Assembly: GCF_009914755.1 (NCBI RefSeq)
Contig: NC_060947.1
From: the human T2T-CHM13v2.0 reference genome, Homo sapiens
DNA: 64,000 nt
Strand: one strand, 5' to 3'
Below are positions 14,700 through 29,781 of the stretch, piece after piece (within the stretch, counting starts at the first letter, position 1; every line of letters begins with the position of its first letter). The notes beneath the pieces were generated by a model that saw only the letters and a list, made by a program, of their open reading frames with translations, was not told the DNA's origin and ran no database searches. The position numbers were made by a program, and so were the translations under genes.

Positions 14700-17600
14700 T
14701 TGTACATGAAAATTCAAATAAATCTACAATATAATACCAACACTAATAAGTAATATAGCATAAAAGGTCAATATACAAAAATCAATTGTGTTTTAGTTAT
14801 TAGAAACAACCATTGAAAAATGAAACTTCAAAGAACAAGACTAATAACAACAGTATCAGGAGTAAATGGCATTGAAATACATTTAACAAAAGATGCACAA
14901 TACTGTTATATGGAAAACTACATAAGTTTCTAAGAAAAATTAAGAAAGATCTAAATAAAAAGATAATACCATGTTTGTGATTGTAAGACTTAATGTTAAG
15001 ATATCAATTTTCCCCAAATTTGATGATAAATTCAACACAATTACCTAGCAGGATTTTTATAGAAAAATTTTTTTTCAAAATTATGATGCTGAGTAAAATT
15101 TTTATATAAATTGATAAATTTATTCTAAACTCCATAAGGCAACACAAAATTCTTAATTAATGTAAAGATACATTAACTAAGACAGTGTGGTATTAGCATA
15201 ATAGAAAAATAAATAAGTGGAACAAAATATAGAGTCCAGAAATAAACTGACACATATACCATCAATTGATTCTCAATAAAGTCCTCAAAGCAATTCAATT
15301 GGAGATAAGAATGTCTGCAATAAATGGTGCTGAAACAACTGGATATTCCTGTGGAGGAAAAAATGAAACTTAACCTTCCCTCACACCATACTCCCAAATT
15401 ATGTTGAGAATGATTATAGATATCAGTGTGGAAGCTGGAATTATAAAGCTTCTGAAAGAAAATAGGAAAATGTCTTCAAGGCTTTGAGGTAGGCTAAGGT
15501 TTCTTAGATACGCATAAGGGCAATATCCATAAAACAAAACAAATGATAAATTAGGTCTCAACAAATTTTAAAACCTTTGTTCAACAAAACACACCATTAA
15601 GAACGTGCAATAGCAGTCACAGGATGGAAGAAAATATTTTAATATATATATGTGACAAAGACCTCATATCTGGAAAATATAAAGAATTCTACAAAACAAT
15701 AATAAGGTTAATAAACAACAAAAATTGGCAAAATATTTCAATATACACTGCACTAAAGAATATAGATAGCTTAAAGAAAAAAACAATAAAAATTCAGGAA
15801 ACTGTGGACACACTTTTAGAAACGCATAATGCTCTGGAAAGTCTCAGCAATAGAATCAAACAAGTAGAGGAAAGAAATTCAGAGCTTGAAGACAAGGTCT
15901 TCAAACTAACTCAATCCAACAAAGACAAAGAAAAAAGAACAAGAAAATATGAACAAAGCCTCCAAGAAGTTTGGGATTATGTTAAATGACCAAACCCAAG
16001 AATAATCGGTGTTCTTGAGGAAGAAGACAATTCTAAAAGCTTGGAAAACATATTTGGGGGAATAATCAAGGCAAACTTCCCTGGCCTTGCTAGAGACCTA
16101 GACATGCATATACAAGAAGCACAAAGAACACCTCGGAAATTCATCCTCAAAAGATCTTCATCTAGGCACATTTTCATCAGGTTATCCAAAGTTAAGAGGA
16201 AGGAAAAAATCTTAAGAGCGGTGAGACAGAAGCACCAGGTAACCTATAAAGGAAAACCTACCAGATTAACAGCAGAAATCTCAGCAGAAACCTTACAAGT
16301 TAGAAGGGATTGGGGCCCTATATTCAACCTCCTCAAACAAAACAATCTTCAGCCAAGAATTTTGTATCCAGTGAAAGTAAGCATCATATATGAGGAAAAG
16401 ATAGTCATTTTCAGACAAACAAATGCAGAGAGAACTTGCCATTACCAAGCCACCACTGTAAGAACTTCAAAAAGGAGCTCTAAATCTTGAAACAAATCCT
16501 GGAAACACATCAAGACAGAATATCTTTAAAGCGTAAAGCACACAGGACCTATAAAAAAATAGAAGTTAAAAAGCAAGAACAAAAAACAAAGTATGCAGGC
16601 AACAAAGAGCATGATGAATGCAACCCTACCTCACATTTCAATACTAACATTGAATGTAAATGTCCTAAATGTTCCACTTAAAAGATACAAAACTGCAGAA
16701 TGGATAAGAACTCACCAACCATCTGCTGCCTTCAGGTGACTCACTTAACACATAAGGACTCATAAAAACTTAAAGTAAAGGGGTGGAAAAAGGCATTTCA
16801 TGCAAATGGACACCACAAGCAAGCAGGGGTAGCTACTCTTATGTCAGACAAAACAAATTTTAAAGCAACAGCGAGACAAAGAGGGACGTTATATAATGGT
16901 AAAAGGCCTTGTCTAACAGTAAAATACCACAATCCCAAACATATATGTACCTAACACTGGAGCTCCCAAATTTATTAAAAAAATTACTAATAGACCTAAG
17001 AAATGAGATAGCAACACAATAAAAGTGGGAGACTTTAATACTCCACTGACAGCATTAGACAGGCCATCAAGAAAGAAAGTTAACAAAGAAACAATGGATT
17101 TAAACTACACCTTGGAACAAATGGACTTAACAGATATATACAGAACACTTCATCCAACAACAGAATACAGATTCTATTAAACAGCCTATGGAACTTTCTC
17201 CAAGATAGACCATATGATAGGCCATAAAACGAGTCTCGATAAATTTAAGAAAATTGAAATTATATCAAGCACTCTCTCATACCACAGTGGATTTAAACTG
17301 GAAATTAACTCCAAAAGGAACCCTCAAAACAATGCAAATACATGGAAATTAAATAACCTACTCTTGAATGAGCATTGAGTCAAAAACGAAATCAAGATGG
17401 AAATCAAAAAATTATTCAAACTGGATGGCAATAATGACACAACCTATCAAAACCTATGGGATACAGCTAAGGTGATACTAAGAGAAAAGCTCACAGCCCT
17501 AAATGCATATATCAAAAAGTCTGAAAGAGCACAAACAGACAATCTAAGGTCACGCCTCAAGGAACTAGAGAAAGAAGAACAAACCAACCCAAACCCAGCA

Positions 17601-18901
17601 GAAGAAAGGAAATAACCAAGATCAGAGCAGAACTAAATGAAATTGAAATAACAACAACAACCAAAAAAAGTACAACAGATAAATGAAACAAAAAGCTGGT
17701 CCTTTGAAAAGATAAATAAGATTGATAGACCATTAGCAAGATTAGCCAAGAAAAGAAGAGAGAAATCCAAATAACCTCACTGAGAAATGAAACAGGAGAT
17801 ATTACGACTGATACCACTGAAATACAAAAGATCATTCAAGGCTACTATGAACACCTTTATACACATAAACTAGAAAACTTAGAAGAGATAAATAAATTCC
17901 TGGAAAAATACAACCATCCTAGCTTAAATTAAGAAGAATTAGATACCCTGAACCGACCAATAACAAGCAGCAAGATTGAAATGGTAATTAAAAAATTACC
18001 AACAACAAAAAAAGTCCAGGACCAGATGGATTCACAGCAGAATTCTACCAGTCATTCAAAGAATTGGTACCAATCTTTTTGACACTATTCCACAAGACAG
18101 AGAAATAAGGAACCCTTCCTAATTCATTCTATGAGCCAGCATCACCCTAATACCAAAACCAGGAAAGGATACAACCAAAAAAGAAAGCTACAGACTGATA
18201 TCCTTGATGAATGTAGATGCTAAAATCCTTAGCAAAGTACTAGCTAACCGACTACAATGACATATCAAAAAAATAATCCACCATGACCAAGTGGGTTTCA
18301 TACCAGAGATACAGGGATGGTTTAACATACACAAGTCAATAAATGTGATTCACCACATAAACAGAATTAAAAGCAAAAATCACATGATCATCTCAATAGA
18401 TGCAGAAAAAGCATTTGACAAAATCCAGCATCCCTTTATGATCAAAACCCTCAGCAAAATTGGCATACAAGGGAACTACCTTAATGTAACAAAGGCACTT
18501 ATGACAAACCCACAGCCAATATAATAATGAGTGGAGAAAAGTTGAAAGCATTCCCCCTGCGAACGAGAACAAGACAAGAATGCCTGCTCTCACCACTCCT
18601 CTTCAACATAGTACTGGAAGTCTTAGCCAGAGCAATCAGACTAGAAAAAGAGATAAAGGGCGTCGACATTGGTAAAGAGGACGTCAAACTGTCCCTGTTT
18701 GCTGACGATATGATTGATTACCTTGAAAACCCTAGAAAGCTCCAGAAACCTCCAGAAAGCTCCTAGAACTGATAAAAGAATTCAGGAAAGTTTCCAGATC
18801 CAAGATTAATATACACAAAACAGTAGCTCTTCTATACACCAACAGTGACCAAGTGGAGAATCAAATTAAGAACTCAACCCCTTTTACAATAGCTGCAAAA
18901 A

Positions 18902-18932
<31 letters not shown>

Positions 18933-21485
18933 AATACTTAGGAATATACCTAACAAAGGAGTCAAAAGACCTCTGCAAGGAAAACTACAAAACACTGCTA
19001 AAAGAAATCATAGATGACACAAACAAATGGAAACAGATCCCAGGCTCATGGACGGGTAGAATCAATATTGTGAAAATGACCACACTGCCAAAAGCAACCT
19101 ATAAATTCAGCACAATCCCCATCAAAATACCACCATCATTCTTCACGGAGTTAGAAAAACACAATTCTAAAATTCATATGGAACCAAAAAAGAGCCCTCA
19201 TAGCCAAAGCAAGACTAAGCAAAAAGAACAAATCTGGAGGCATCACACTACCTGATTTCAAACTATAGTATAAGGCCATAGTCACCAAAACAGTGTGGTA
19301 CTGATATAAAAATAGGCACATAGATCAATGAAACAGAATAGAGAACCCAGAAATAAACCCCAAATTCTTAAGCCAACTGATCTTCCACAAAGCAAACAAA
19401 AACACAAAGTGGGGAAAGGACACCGTATTCAACAAATGGTCCTGGGATAATTGGCTAGCCAAATGTAGGAGAATTAAACTGGATCCTCATCTCTCACCTT
19501 ATACAAAAATCAGCTCAAGATGGATTAAGGACTTAAACCTAAGACCTGAAACTATAAAAATTCCAGAAGACAACATTGGAAAAACCCTTATAGACATTGG
19601 CTTAGGCAAGGATTTCATGAACAAAAACTCAAAAGCAATTGCAATAAAAACAAAGATAAATAGCTGGGACTTAATTAAACTAAAGAGCTTTTGCACGGCA
19701 AAAGGAACAGTCAGCAGAGTAAACAGACAATCCACAGAGTGGGAGAAAATCTTCACAATCTATACATCTGACAAAGGACTAATATCCAGAATCTACAATG
19801 AACTCAAACAAATCAGTAAGAAAAGAAAAACACACAAAACAAAACAAAACAAAATCAATCCCATAAAAAAGTGGGCTAAGGACGTGAATAGAAAATTCTC
19901 AAAAGAAGATATACGAATGGCCAACAAGCATATGAAAAAATGCTCAACATCACTAATGAGCAGGGAAATGCAAATCAAAACCACAATGTGATACTACCTT
20001 AGTCCTGTAAAAATGGCCATAATCAAAGAATCAAAAAACAGTAGACGTTGACGTGGATGCGGCGATTAGGGAACACTTCTACACTGCTAGTGGGAATGTA
20101 AACTAGTACAGCCAGTATGGAAAACAGTGTGGAAATTCCTTAAAGAACTCAAAGTATAACTACCATTTGATCAAGCAATCCCACTACTGGGTATCTACCT
20201 AGAGGAAAAGAAGTCATTGTTCCAAAAAGAGTCTTGCACACACATGTTTATAGTAGCACAATTCACAATAGCAAAATCGTGGAACCAACCCAAATGCCCA
20301 TCAATCAACGAGTGGATAAAGAAACTCTGGCATATATATACGAAGGAATACTACTCAGCCATAAAAAGGAATGAATTAACAATAATGACCTGGATGAGAT
20401 TAGAGACTAGTATTCTAAATGAAGTAACTCAGCAATGGAAAACCAAACATCGTATGTTCTCACTGATATGTGGGAACTAAGCTATGAGGATGCAAAGGCG
20501 TAAGAATTATACAACGGACTTTGGGGACTTGGGGGGAAAAGTGCAGGGGGGCAAGGGATAAAGGACAACAAATATGGTGCAGTGTATACTGCTCGGGTGA
20601 TGGGTGCACCAGGTTGTCACAAATCTCTATTAAAGAACTTATGTAACCAAGTACCACCTGTACCCCAACAACCTATGGAAAAATAAAATTTTAAAAATAA
20701 TATATATAAAGATATACAAATGCCCAAGAAACAAGGAGAAGGTACATTACAAGTCATCATAGAAAATCTAATTAAAACTATAATCAAATATCACTACACA
20801 TTCACAAGAAAGGGAAAAACGTCAAATTACATTCACTGATTGTCAATAGAAAGTGTTGTCAAGGATGTGAAGCAACTGGACCTGTCATACATGAAAGGTG
20901 GAAGTTTAAAATAGTGCAGCCACTTTGAAAAAGTCTGCGTCAGTTTCTCAAACATACCTACACCTATAATCCAGCAATTCTACTCATATGTATATAACCA
21001 ATAGACTGGAAATCATATGTTCACAAAAAAACTTGAGCAAGAAAGTTCATAACAACTTTATTCACAATAGCTAAAAATTGGGGGAAAAAACAAAGTCCAC
21101 AGCAGTGTAATCGATAAACAAACTGTGGTACAGTCATACAGGCTCTATTTAGTACTAAAATGAACGAACTACTGATAAATGCAACAACAGGTATGGATCT
21201 CAAAACTGTGATGATGAGTGAAAGAAGCGACACAAAAAGGAATATATACCCTATGATTTCATTTATATGAAGTGCAGGAATAGGCAAAATTCATCTATGA
21301 TATGAGAATGGTCACTTAAAGGATGGGATAGTGACTGGAAAGGGCACAAGGGAACTTTCTGGGGTCATGGAATATTCTTTACCTCGATCAGGGTGATGGT
21401 CACATTAATGTATTCATTTGTTAAAATTAATCTTTTTGTTTAAGATTTGTGGTTTTCATTACATGCGATTATATCTCAATAAAAC
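14700..21485 (+). mobile_element. Old L1MD/L1ME ORF2 and 3' end (14700-15760 and 20700-21485), split by L1PB1
   Basis: Degenerate ORF2 is collinear across the L1PB1 insertion and ends atatctcaataaaa. Confidence 0.65.
15760..20700 (+). mobile_element. L1PB1-like LINE-1, 5'-truncated in ORF1, with complete but disrupted ORF2 and 3' UTR
   Basis: ORF1 peptides (ENIFGGIIKANFPGLARDLD, RRDWGPIF), EN/RT motifs (LFADDMI), L1PB1-style tail gggtgatgggtgcacc...acctatggaaaaataaaa. Confidence 0.92.
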
Positions 21486-22420
21486 AGTGAGAAAACCAAA
21501 ACAAGAGGATCACTTGAATATTCCTATAACTATCAAAGAAACTAAAAACTAAACATCTCCCACAGAGAAAATCTAGGCCAAAATGGCTTTGCTGCAATTT
21601 CCAGCAATAATTCAAGAAGAAAGTAATTACGATCTAACAAAACCTCTTCCATAGAATAAATAAAGGTATAACACTCCCAAAATTATTTTTTTTGAGGCTA
21701 GCATAACCTTGAGATCAAAACCTGACAAGGACTGTATGAACAAATAAAATTATATGCCATTCTGACTCATGGCCATGAATGAACAAATCCTTTAAAATGT
21801 TCATAAATCATATCCACCAATATCTAAACAGCCTAATACATCACGACCTAGCTGGATTTATCCCAGGAAGGCAATTCTGGTTAAAATTTTTAAAATGTAA
21901 TTCAGCACATTCATATTTTAGAGAACAAAATTTTGATTATATAAAGAGGCATAAGCAAAAAGTTCTTGATAAAATTTAATATATACCAAAAAATACAAAA
22001 CAAAGGATACAAGGGAACTTAATATGATACAATGTATCTAGAAATATCTATTCAAAATATTACACTTATCTGTAATATATTAAAATACTGGCCTTTGAGA
22101 TTGGGGATGTAACAAAATGGCTGCCATCATCACTACTATTCACCATTATAGTGGAGGTCCTAGACAATTCAACACATTAATAAGAATAGAAGTATGCAAA
22201 AAGAAGTGTAAAACTGTCGTTTATATATTATATAATTGAGTACATAAAAATTCTTTAAAAATCTATGGATAAACTGTTACATTTACAGTGGGACTTTAGT
22301 AAAATTGCTGGATACAAAAACAATATATGAAAAATAATTTTTTAGTCCTATAAGTGAATAAGAAACATTTAAATCATTGAAAGATCCTAGTTATAATAGC
22401 ATCAAAAATATCTATTCAAA

Positions 22421-22838
<418 letters not shown>

Positions 22839-24101
22839 TTAAATAAATTAAAATTTCAAGGAGAGAGAATCTTTTCCACTATAAGCTGACAATCTTCAAC
22901 TATTTTTCTCCTTTGGAAAATTTACCAACTCTGAGAATAGGCTGAGGACCAGGCTTATTCAGACAAAGAGCCTCTGCTCGCAGAGAGAAAAAACAGCAAA
23001 GCTTTTAGCAGTTTGACAAGGCTGGTATGACAAATACAAAAGCTGATGATACTCAAGTGCTCAGCAGATTTTCCCCACTGAACATTTGCTGACTTCTGGC
23101 ATAGTTGGGTAAAATACTTGTAAAAAGGTGAAGCAAAATCTTCAGCAATCACCCAGTTCTTAGGAAACAAGCATGTGCCAGAATTTGAAACTCCAGGAGG
23201 CTGCAAGTTGTGAATAGCAGATCTGGATTTTCCAGGCTTTCAGAGATTACAAAATAGAAATCTACCATGCTCTTACATCCTAGGGAAAAGAAGCAAACCA
23301 GACGTAGACTGAGTTTTAATAAAACTGCACTCTAGCCCTCATCATGAATAATTTCTGACTGGATTAAATTAAGCATATGCTCAACTTATGTGCCTAAAAG
23401 GGGAAAAGTGGAACTGTCTCTGGAATATCTCATCTGAAGCCTCTACAATTTTTTATACATGGTGCGTGACATGCAATAAAAATATTACTAGATACACAAA
23501 GAGGTAAAAAATATGACATGTAAATCAAAATAAAAGATGAAAAAAGATGCAGAAACACACATGATCTGGATAGTATCTGGATAGTGAAATCACGAGAAAA
23601 TGACTTTAAAATTAACTATGACTAATATTTTTAAAAGAAGTAAAGAAAAAGTTAAATAAAATATGTGAAAGAACCAAGAACTGTAATAGATAATTTGAAT
23701 TAATGGAACTAAAAATCAACTGGATATCTTACAATGAAAAAACTAGGAACTCAGTGCGTGGGATTAATGGGAGATGTGACACAAAAGAACAGGTTTGTAT
23801 AACTCCAAAATTATAGAAAATATTAAAATTGAAGCACAAGAACAAAAATAATCGGGAAAAAAAGATAGAGCATAAGACATATGTAGGACAGAGTAAAAAA
23901 ACAACTAACAAATATGGAATGGGAGAAGAGAAAGAATAGGGCAGGAGCAATACCTAAAGAAATAATATTCAAAAAGTTTACAAAATTAATAAAAGACATA
24001 CACCCACAGAATCAAAAAACTCAGTGAATCATAAACAGGATAAATAAAAAGAAAACCACACCTAGGCACATCATAGTCAAGTTGTTAAAAAAAACAAAGA
24101 G

Positions 24102-25886
24102 ACCAAGAAGCAGCTTCTCTGCTCCTTCTGGAATCTCTGCCTGGTTCAGCCCACCTGCCTCCACTCCTGCCTCCACCATGTCCATCAGGGTGACCCAGAA
24201 GTCGTACAAGGTGTCCACCTCTGGCACACGGGCCTTCAGCAGCCGCTTCTACACGAGTGGGCCCGGTGCCCGCATCAGCTTCTCCAGCTTCTCCCGAGTG
24301 GGCAGCAGCAGCTTCTGGGGTGGCCTGGGCGGAGGCTATGGTGGGGCCAGCGGCATCGGAGGCATCACCGCCGTCATGGTCAACCAGAGTCTGCTGAGCC
24401 GCCTTAACCTGGAGGTGGACCCCAACATCCAGGCCGTGCGCACCCAGGAGAAGGAGCATATCAAGACCCTAGGCAAATTTGTCTCCTTCATCGACAAGGT
24501 ACCGTTCCTGGAGCAGCAGAACAAGATGCTGGAGACCAAGTGGAGCCTCCTGCAGCAGCAGGAGATGGCTCAGAGCAACATGGACAACATGTTCGAGAGC
24601 TACATCAACAACCTTAGGCGGCAGCTGGAGACTCTGGGCCAGGAGAAGCTGAAGCTGGAGACGGAGCTTGGCAACATTCAGGGGCTGGTGGAGGACTTCA
24701 AGGACGAGAATGAGGATGAGATCAATATGCGTAAAGAGATGGCAAATGAATTTGTCCTCCTCAAGAAGGATGTGGATGAAGCTGACATGAACAAGGTAGA
24801 GCTGGAGTCTCGCCTGGACGGGCTGACTGACGAGATCAACTTCCTCAGGCAGCTGTATGAAGAGGAGATCCGGGAGCTGCATTCCCAGATCTCGGATACG
24901 TCTGTGGTGCTGTCCGTGGACAACAGCCCTCCCTGGACATGGAAAGCATCATCGCTGAGGTCAAGGCGTAGTACGAGGTGATCGCCAACCGCAGCCTGGC
25001 TGAGGCTGAGAGCATGGACCAGGTCAAGTATGAGGAGCTGCAGGTGCTGGCTGGGAAGCAGGGGGATGACCTGCGGCATACAGACTGAGATCTCCGAGAT
25101 GAACCGGAACATCAGCTGGCTCCAGGCTGAGACTGAGGGCCTCAAAGGCCGGATGGCTTCCCTGTGGAGGCCGCCATCGCAGATGCCGAGCAGCGTGGGG
25201 AGCTGGCCGTTAAGGATGCTAACGTCAAGCTGTCCGAGCTGGAGGCCACCCTGCAGCGGGCCAAGCAGGACATGGCGAGGCGGCTGCGTGAGTACCAGGA
25301 GCTGATGAACGTCAAGCTAGCCCTGGACATCGAGATCGCCACCTACGGGAAGCTGCTGGAGGGCGAAGAGAGCCAGCTAGAGTCTGGGATGCAGAACATG
25401 AGTATTCATATGAAGACCACCAGCGGTTTTGCAGGTGGTCTGAGCTCGGCCTATGGGGGCCTCACAAGCCCCGGCCTCAGCTACGGCCTGGGCTCCAGCT
25501 CTGGCTCTGGCGCGGGCTTCAGCTCCTTCAGCCGCACCAGCTCCACCAGGGCCCCGGTTGTGAAGAAGATCGAGACCCGCGATGGGAAGCTGGTGTCCGC
25601 GTCCTCTGACGTCCCGCCCAAGTGAACAGCTGCGGCAGCCCCTCCCACCCTGCCCCTCCTGCGACTTGCCCAGAGCCCGGGAGGGAGGCCGCTGTGCAGG
25701 GGAGCACAGGGAACAGAAGACACACCTGAGGCTCGGCTCTAGCCCTCAGCCCACCCTCGGCGGAATTCACTGCCTGAGGACCACCCTTGCCCATGCCTCC
25801 AACTACAAAACAATTCAATTGCTTTTTTTTCGTCCAAAATAAAACCTCAGCTAGCTCTGCAAAAAAAAAAAAAAAAAAAAAAAAAA
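24102..25886 (+). pseudogene. KRT8: Processed keratin-8 pseudogene (full-length retrocopy; copy number not assignable)
   Basis: Intronless; ATG 24178 [16 protein letters not shown]; rod end [19 protein letters not shown]; stop 25623-25625; frameshifts near 24927 (-1), 25081 (-2) and 25164 (+2); TAG at 24968-24970; AATAAA 25838-25843; 26-nt poly(A). Confidence 0.97.
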
Positions 25887-27685
25887 GATACAGAATCTTT
25901 AAAGCAACCAGAGGAATAAAAGACACCGCATTTAGAAGAACAACTGGAAAACGGAAGGCAGAATTCCCAAAAGAAACAAGGTCAGTCAGAAGGTAATGTT
26001 ATAACATTTTTTAAGTGCTAAAGTAAAAATAAGCACATAGAACTACCAACATATAATTCTACACCCAAAGAAAATATTATTCAACAATGTGGGTGAAATA
26101 AAGAGGCTTTCATATGAACAAATATTAAAGGAATTCCTCACCAGCAGACCAACACTGAAAGAAAACAAGACAAAAACAAAGAAAATTCTTCAGTCAAAAG
26201 GAAAATTATGCTAGATGGAAACATGAAAATGCAAAAGGGCATGAAGAACACCGGAGAGAATAAATACATGGGTAAAAGTAAATATATATTTAGATTGCAT
26301 AAAACAGTAATTAGAATATTTTGTACAGTCTATATGCAAAATGAAATGTGAAGTGAAAATACTTGACAAAAATAATGCAGGAGGGTGAAAAAAGGGGTAA
26401 GCACTGTTTAAAGTTTCTAGTAGCATAAAGATGTGGTATAAATAGTTTGTATTTGACTGTAATAAGTCAAAAATTCTTGCTGTAATTTCTAAGGTCGCTA
26501 CTAAAATAGCGGAAGAAGATATAACTGACAAATTAATAGAAAAAAACATTCTAAATAGAAACATTGACTATGCTAAAAGAAGGCAAGAATGGAAGTAAAA
26601 GGGAATATGAAACAGGTGATTCAAATAGAAACTTGATGATTTTGTGGCAAATATATTCTAAACCAAATTATATATCAGTAATTAAATTTAATAAAAATAA
26701 GTCAAATATTTACAAGTAAAATATTAAGATGGTCAGAATGGATTTTTAAACCCAAATATATGCTAGTTACAAGAAATATAGCTTAAATATTAACATGGCA
26801 AAAGTTTAATATAAAAGGAATGAAGAGAAGTCATGAACCAAAAAAACAGATAATGAAACTGTAATCAGGAAAATCAAGAAGCAATACTAGAGAAAAACAA
26901 AGTTATTTCATAATTATAAAAGGATCAATAAAACAAGAAGACATTATCATAGTCCTCTGTGGGAAGTGTTAAAGACTTTGTGGACATCTTCAACCTACCT
27001 CAAGTCTCAATCAAGATAACAGCAGAGATTTTTGTGGAAACTGACAAGCTGATTCTAAAATCCATGTAGAAAAGCAAAAAGCTAAAATAGTCAGAGGCAA
27101 TCTTGAAAAAAAAAGAACACATCTGGAAGACCTACACTACCATATATCAAGCTATGGTAAATAAGAACTGTGGTATTAGTGCAAGGATATACTAACTGGA
27201 ATGGTTATAGATATAATGGAATAAAGAATTCAGGCAAATATTATCACCCAATTTTTTTTTCATAAAGGTGACATTGCAGTGCAGAGGTGAAAGTGTAGTC
27301 TTTCAAATAAATAGTGCCATATTAAATGCACACTTATATGGAAAAAACTGCAATTATATCACAAAGTCACACCATACGAATTGCAAATGAGTTGAAAAAT
27401 TTTATGTCAGAAGTAAAATAATAAATATTTTATAGAAAATATCTTTAAGGATAACCTCTTTGTGACTTTGGTATAGGCAAAGTTTTTTTAAAAAAAAATA
27501 GGACACAAAAAACACTAACCATTAAAGAAAGAAATGGTAACTTAGACCACACTAAAATTAAGATCTGTTCATCAAAAACACCAATAAAAAATGAAAAGGT
27601 AATCCACAGGATAGGAGATGACATTAGAAATACACATATCTGGCAAAGAACTTCTACCATGAATATATAAACATACATACATATA

Positions 27686-27720
27686 TAGATAGATAGATAG
27701 ATAGAACATAGATAGAGATA
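27686..27720 (+). repeat. Imperfect (GATA)n microsatellite
   Basis: agatagatagatagatag... Confidence 0.85.
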
Positions 27721-27939
27721 AAAAGACAACCTATCTAAAAAACTAGACAAATGAACATAATGAAAAGGATATTAAAATATCCAACAAATATTTGAAAAGC
27801 TGTTTAACTTCATTCTCATCAGAGATGCAAAGCAGCAAATTAAAACCACAAAGGATAGTACTATACCACCACCTGAATAGCTACAATGTAGACAAAAAGT
27901 ATTAAATACCAAATGTTGACAAAAATGTCTAGATATGAG

Positions 27940-28148
27940 ATAATGGTCAATGTTGAACACCTGGCTCTCTTAGAAATGAATATATAAGATCCCTGATTTA
28001 TGGCTTTTTTTCCAGTCTCCATACTGTAAATACTACCACCATAGCCAATTTCAGGCAGCCATCCTGAGACCACTGAATGCAGAATTGAGAAGAGATGCCC
28101 ACAATTGGTCCTTGAAAGCCAGTATGACCCAGCTCCAGAACACCACCA
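27940..28148. mobile_element. MER63-like hAT DNA transposon
   Basis: tgtaaatactaccaccatagccaatttc...agctccagaacaccac. Confidence 0.7.
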
Positions 28149-28461
28149 ATGTGCAGCAACAATAATTCTCACATATTGTTGGTGGGAGTGTAAATTGATA
28201 CAACCGGTTTAGAAAATCGGCAGTTTCTCCTAAAGTTGAAGACATGCATACCTTTATTCCACAGCACTTCTACTCTGGGGTATGTACCCAACAGAAATCC
28301 ATACATGTGTTCACCAAAAGACATGTTTGAGGATTCTCATAACAGTGTTCATATGTAAAAGCTAAAATCTGGACACTACCCAAATCCCCATCAACAGTTT
28401 AAAGGATAAACAAATTGTAATATCGTGATATAATGGAGTACTATGCATCATCAGTCAATGA

Positions 28462-28665
28462 ACTGCAGCCCACAGGAAAAATGTGACCAGTCCCTTATTT
28501 TTTTATAGCCCCTTAGTGAAGAATGTTTGTTACATTTTTAAATGGCTACATTTTTAACAGTTATACAATTACCTACATAAAGTCATCAATTTTGCCTCTT
28601 GACCTACAGGGATTGTGCAATTTGCTATCTGGCCCTTTAACAAAAAGTTTGCTGATCTTTGCTAT
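28462..28665. mobile_element. MER58-like hAT-Charlie element
   Basis: gcagcccacagg...ctatctggccctttaacaaaaagtttgctgatc. Confidence 0.7.
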
Positions 28666-28691
28666 AAATCAGTGAGAGTGAATGATTTACA

Positions 28692-28866
28692 ACAGTGATC
28701 TCAAAGTATGGCCCCTGGATCAGCAGCATTAGCAGCACCTGAAAACTGGACTCCCAGCCTCCACCCCAGACATACTGAATCAAAACTCTGGGCTGTGACC
28801 CAGCGATTCGTGCTTGAACAAGCCCTCTTGGTAATTGTGATAGATGCTAAAGTTTGAGAACCAATG
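28692..28866. mobile_element. MER5A hAT-Charlie element
   Basis: cagtgatctcaaagt...cagcagcattagcagcacctg...aaagtttgagaaccaatg. Confidence 0.85.
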
Positions 28867-29074
28867 ATCTACAATTCTAAACATGAATAAATATCACAAA
28901 CATAATGTTGAGTGCAAGAACATAGATGCAATAAAGAACATACTATATAATTCCATTTATATAAAATTTAAAAACATGTACAAGTATTCTGTTTAAAAAT
29001 CAAGACAATGGCTACCCATGGAAAGGGACCAGTGACTGGAAGGGAGCATGAGGTGAGTTTTTGCAATATTAAAT

Positions 29075-29356
29075 TGGCTTGCAGATTGCTGCCTTCCGGC
29101 TGTGTCCTTAAATGGCAGAGAGAGACAAAGAGAGAGGGAGAGAGAGAGCACGCCAGAGAGAGAGAGAGCAAGCACACTTTGGTGTCTCTTCCTCTTCTTA
29201 TAGGGGCACCAGCCTTTTCAAATGAGGGTCCTACCATTACAATTTCATTTAACCTTTATCACCTCCTCACAGACCCTGTCTCCAAATACAGTGACATTGG
29301 GCGTTAGGGCTTCAGCATATGAACTTTGAGAGGACGCAAGCATTCAGTCCATAATA
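29075..29356 (-). mobile_element. MLT1A/B-like MaLR LTR fragment with (GA)n
   Basis: ctccaaatacagtgacattggg...ttagggcttcagcatatgaa...cattcagtccata. Confidence 0.8.
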
Positions 29357-29481
29357 TATTCTAAAGGAAACTGGAAGCACATTCTTCAGGCAGAAGAAAA
29401 GTAATCCCATATGGAAGCTTGGGAATGCAACAACAACAACAAAATGAAATAAAATGGTAATAATATTAAAGAGTACTGATA

Positions 29482-29767
<286 letters not shown>

Positions 29768-29781
29768 AAAGAGTACTGATA

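Noticed and set aside
15760-20700. Long L1 as a potentially active element
   Set aside because: 5'-truncated, no promoter, many stops and frameshifts in both ORFs
24082-24177. N-terminal extension of the 299-aa ORF
   Set aside because: ORF caller used a TTG in flanking L1 DNA; the real KRT8 start is ATG 24178
24085-25926. Antisense ORFs over the KRT8 retrocopy
   Set aside because: Expected shadow ORFs of GC-rich coding sequence
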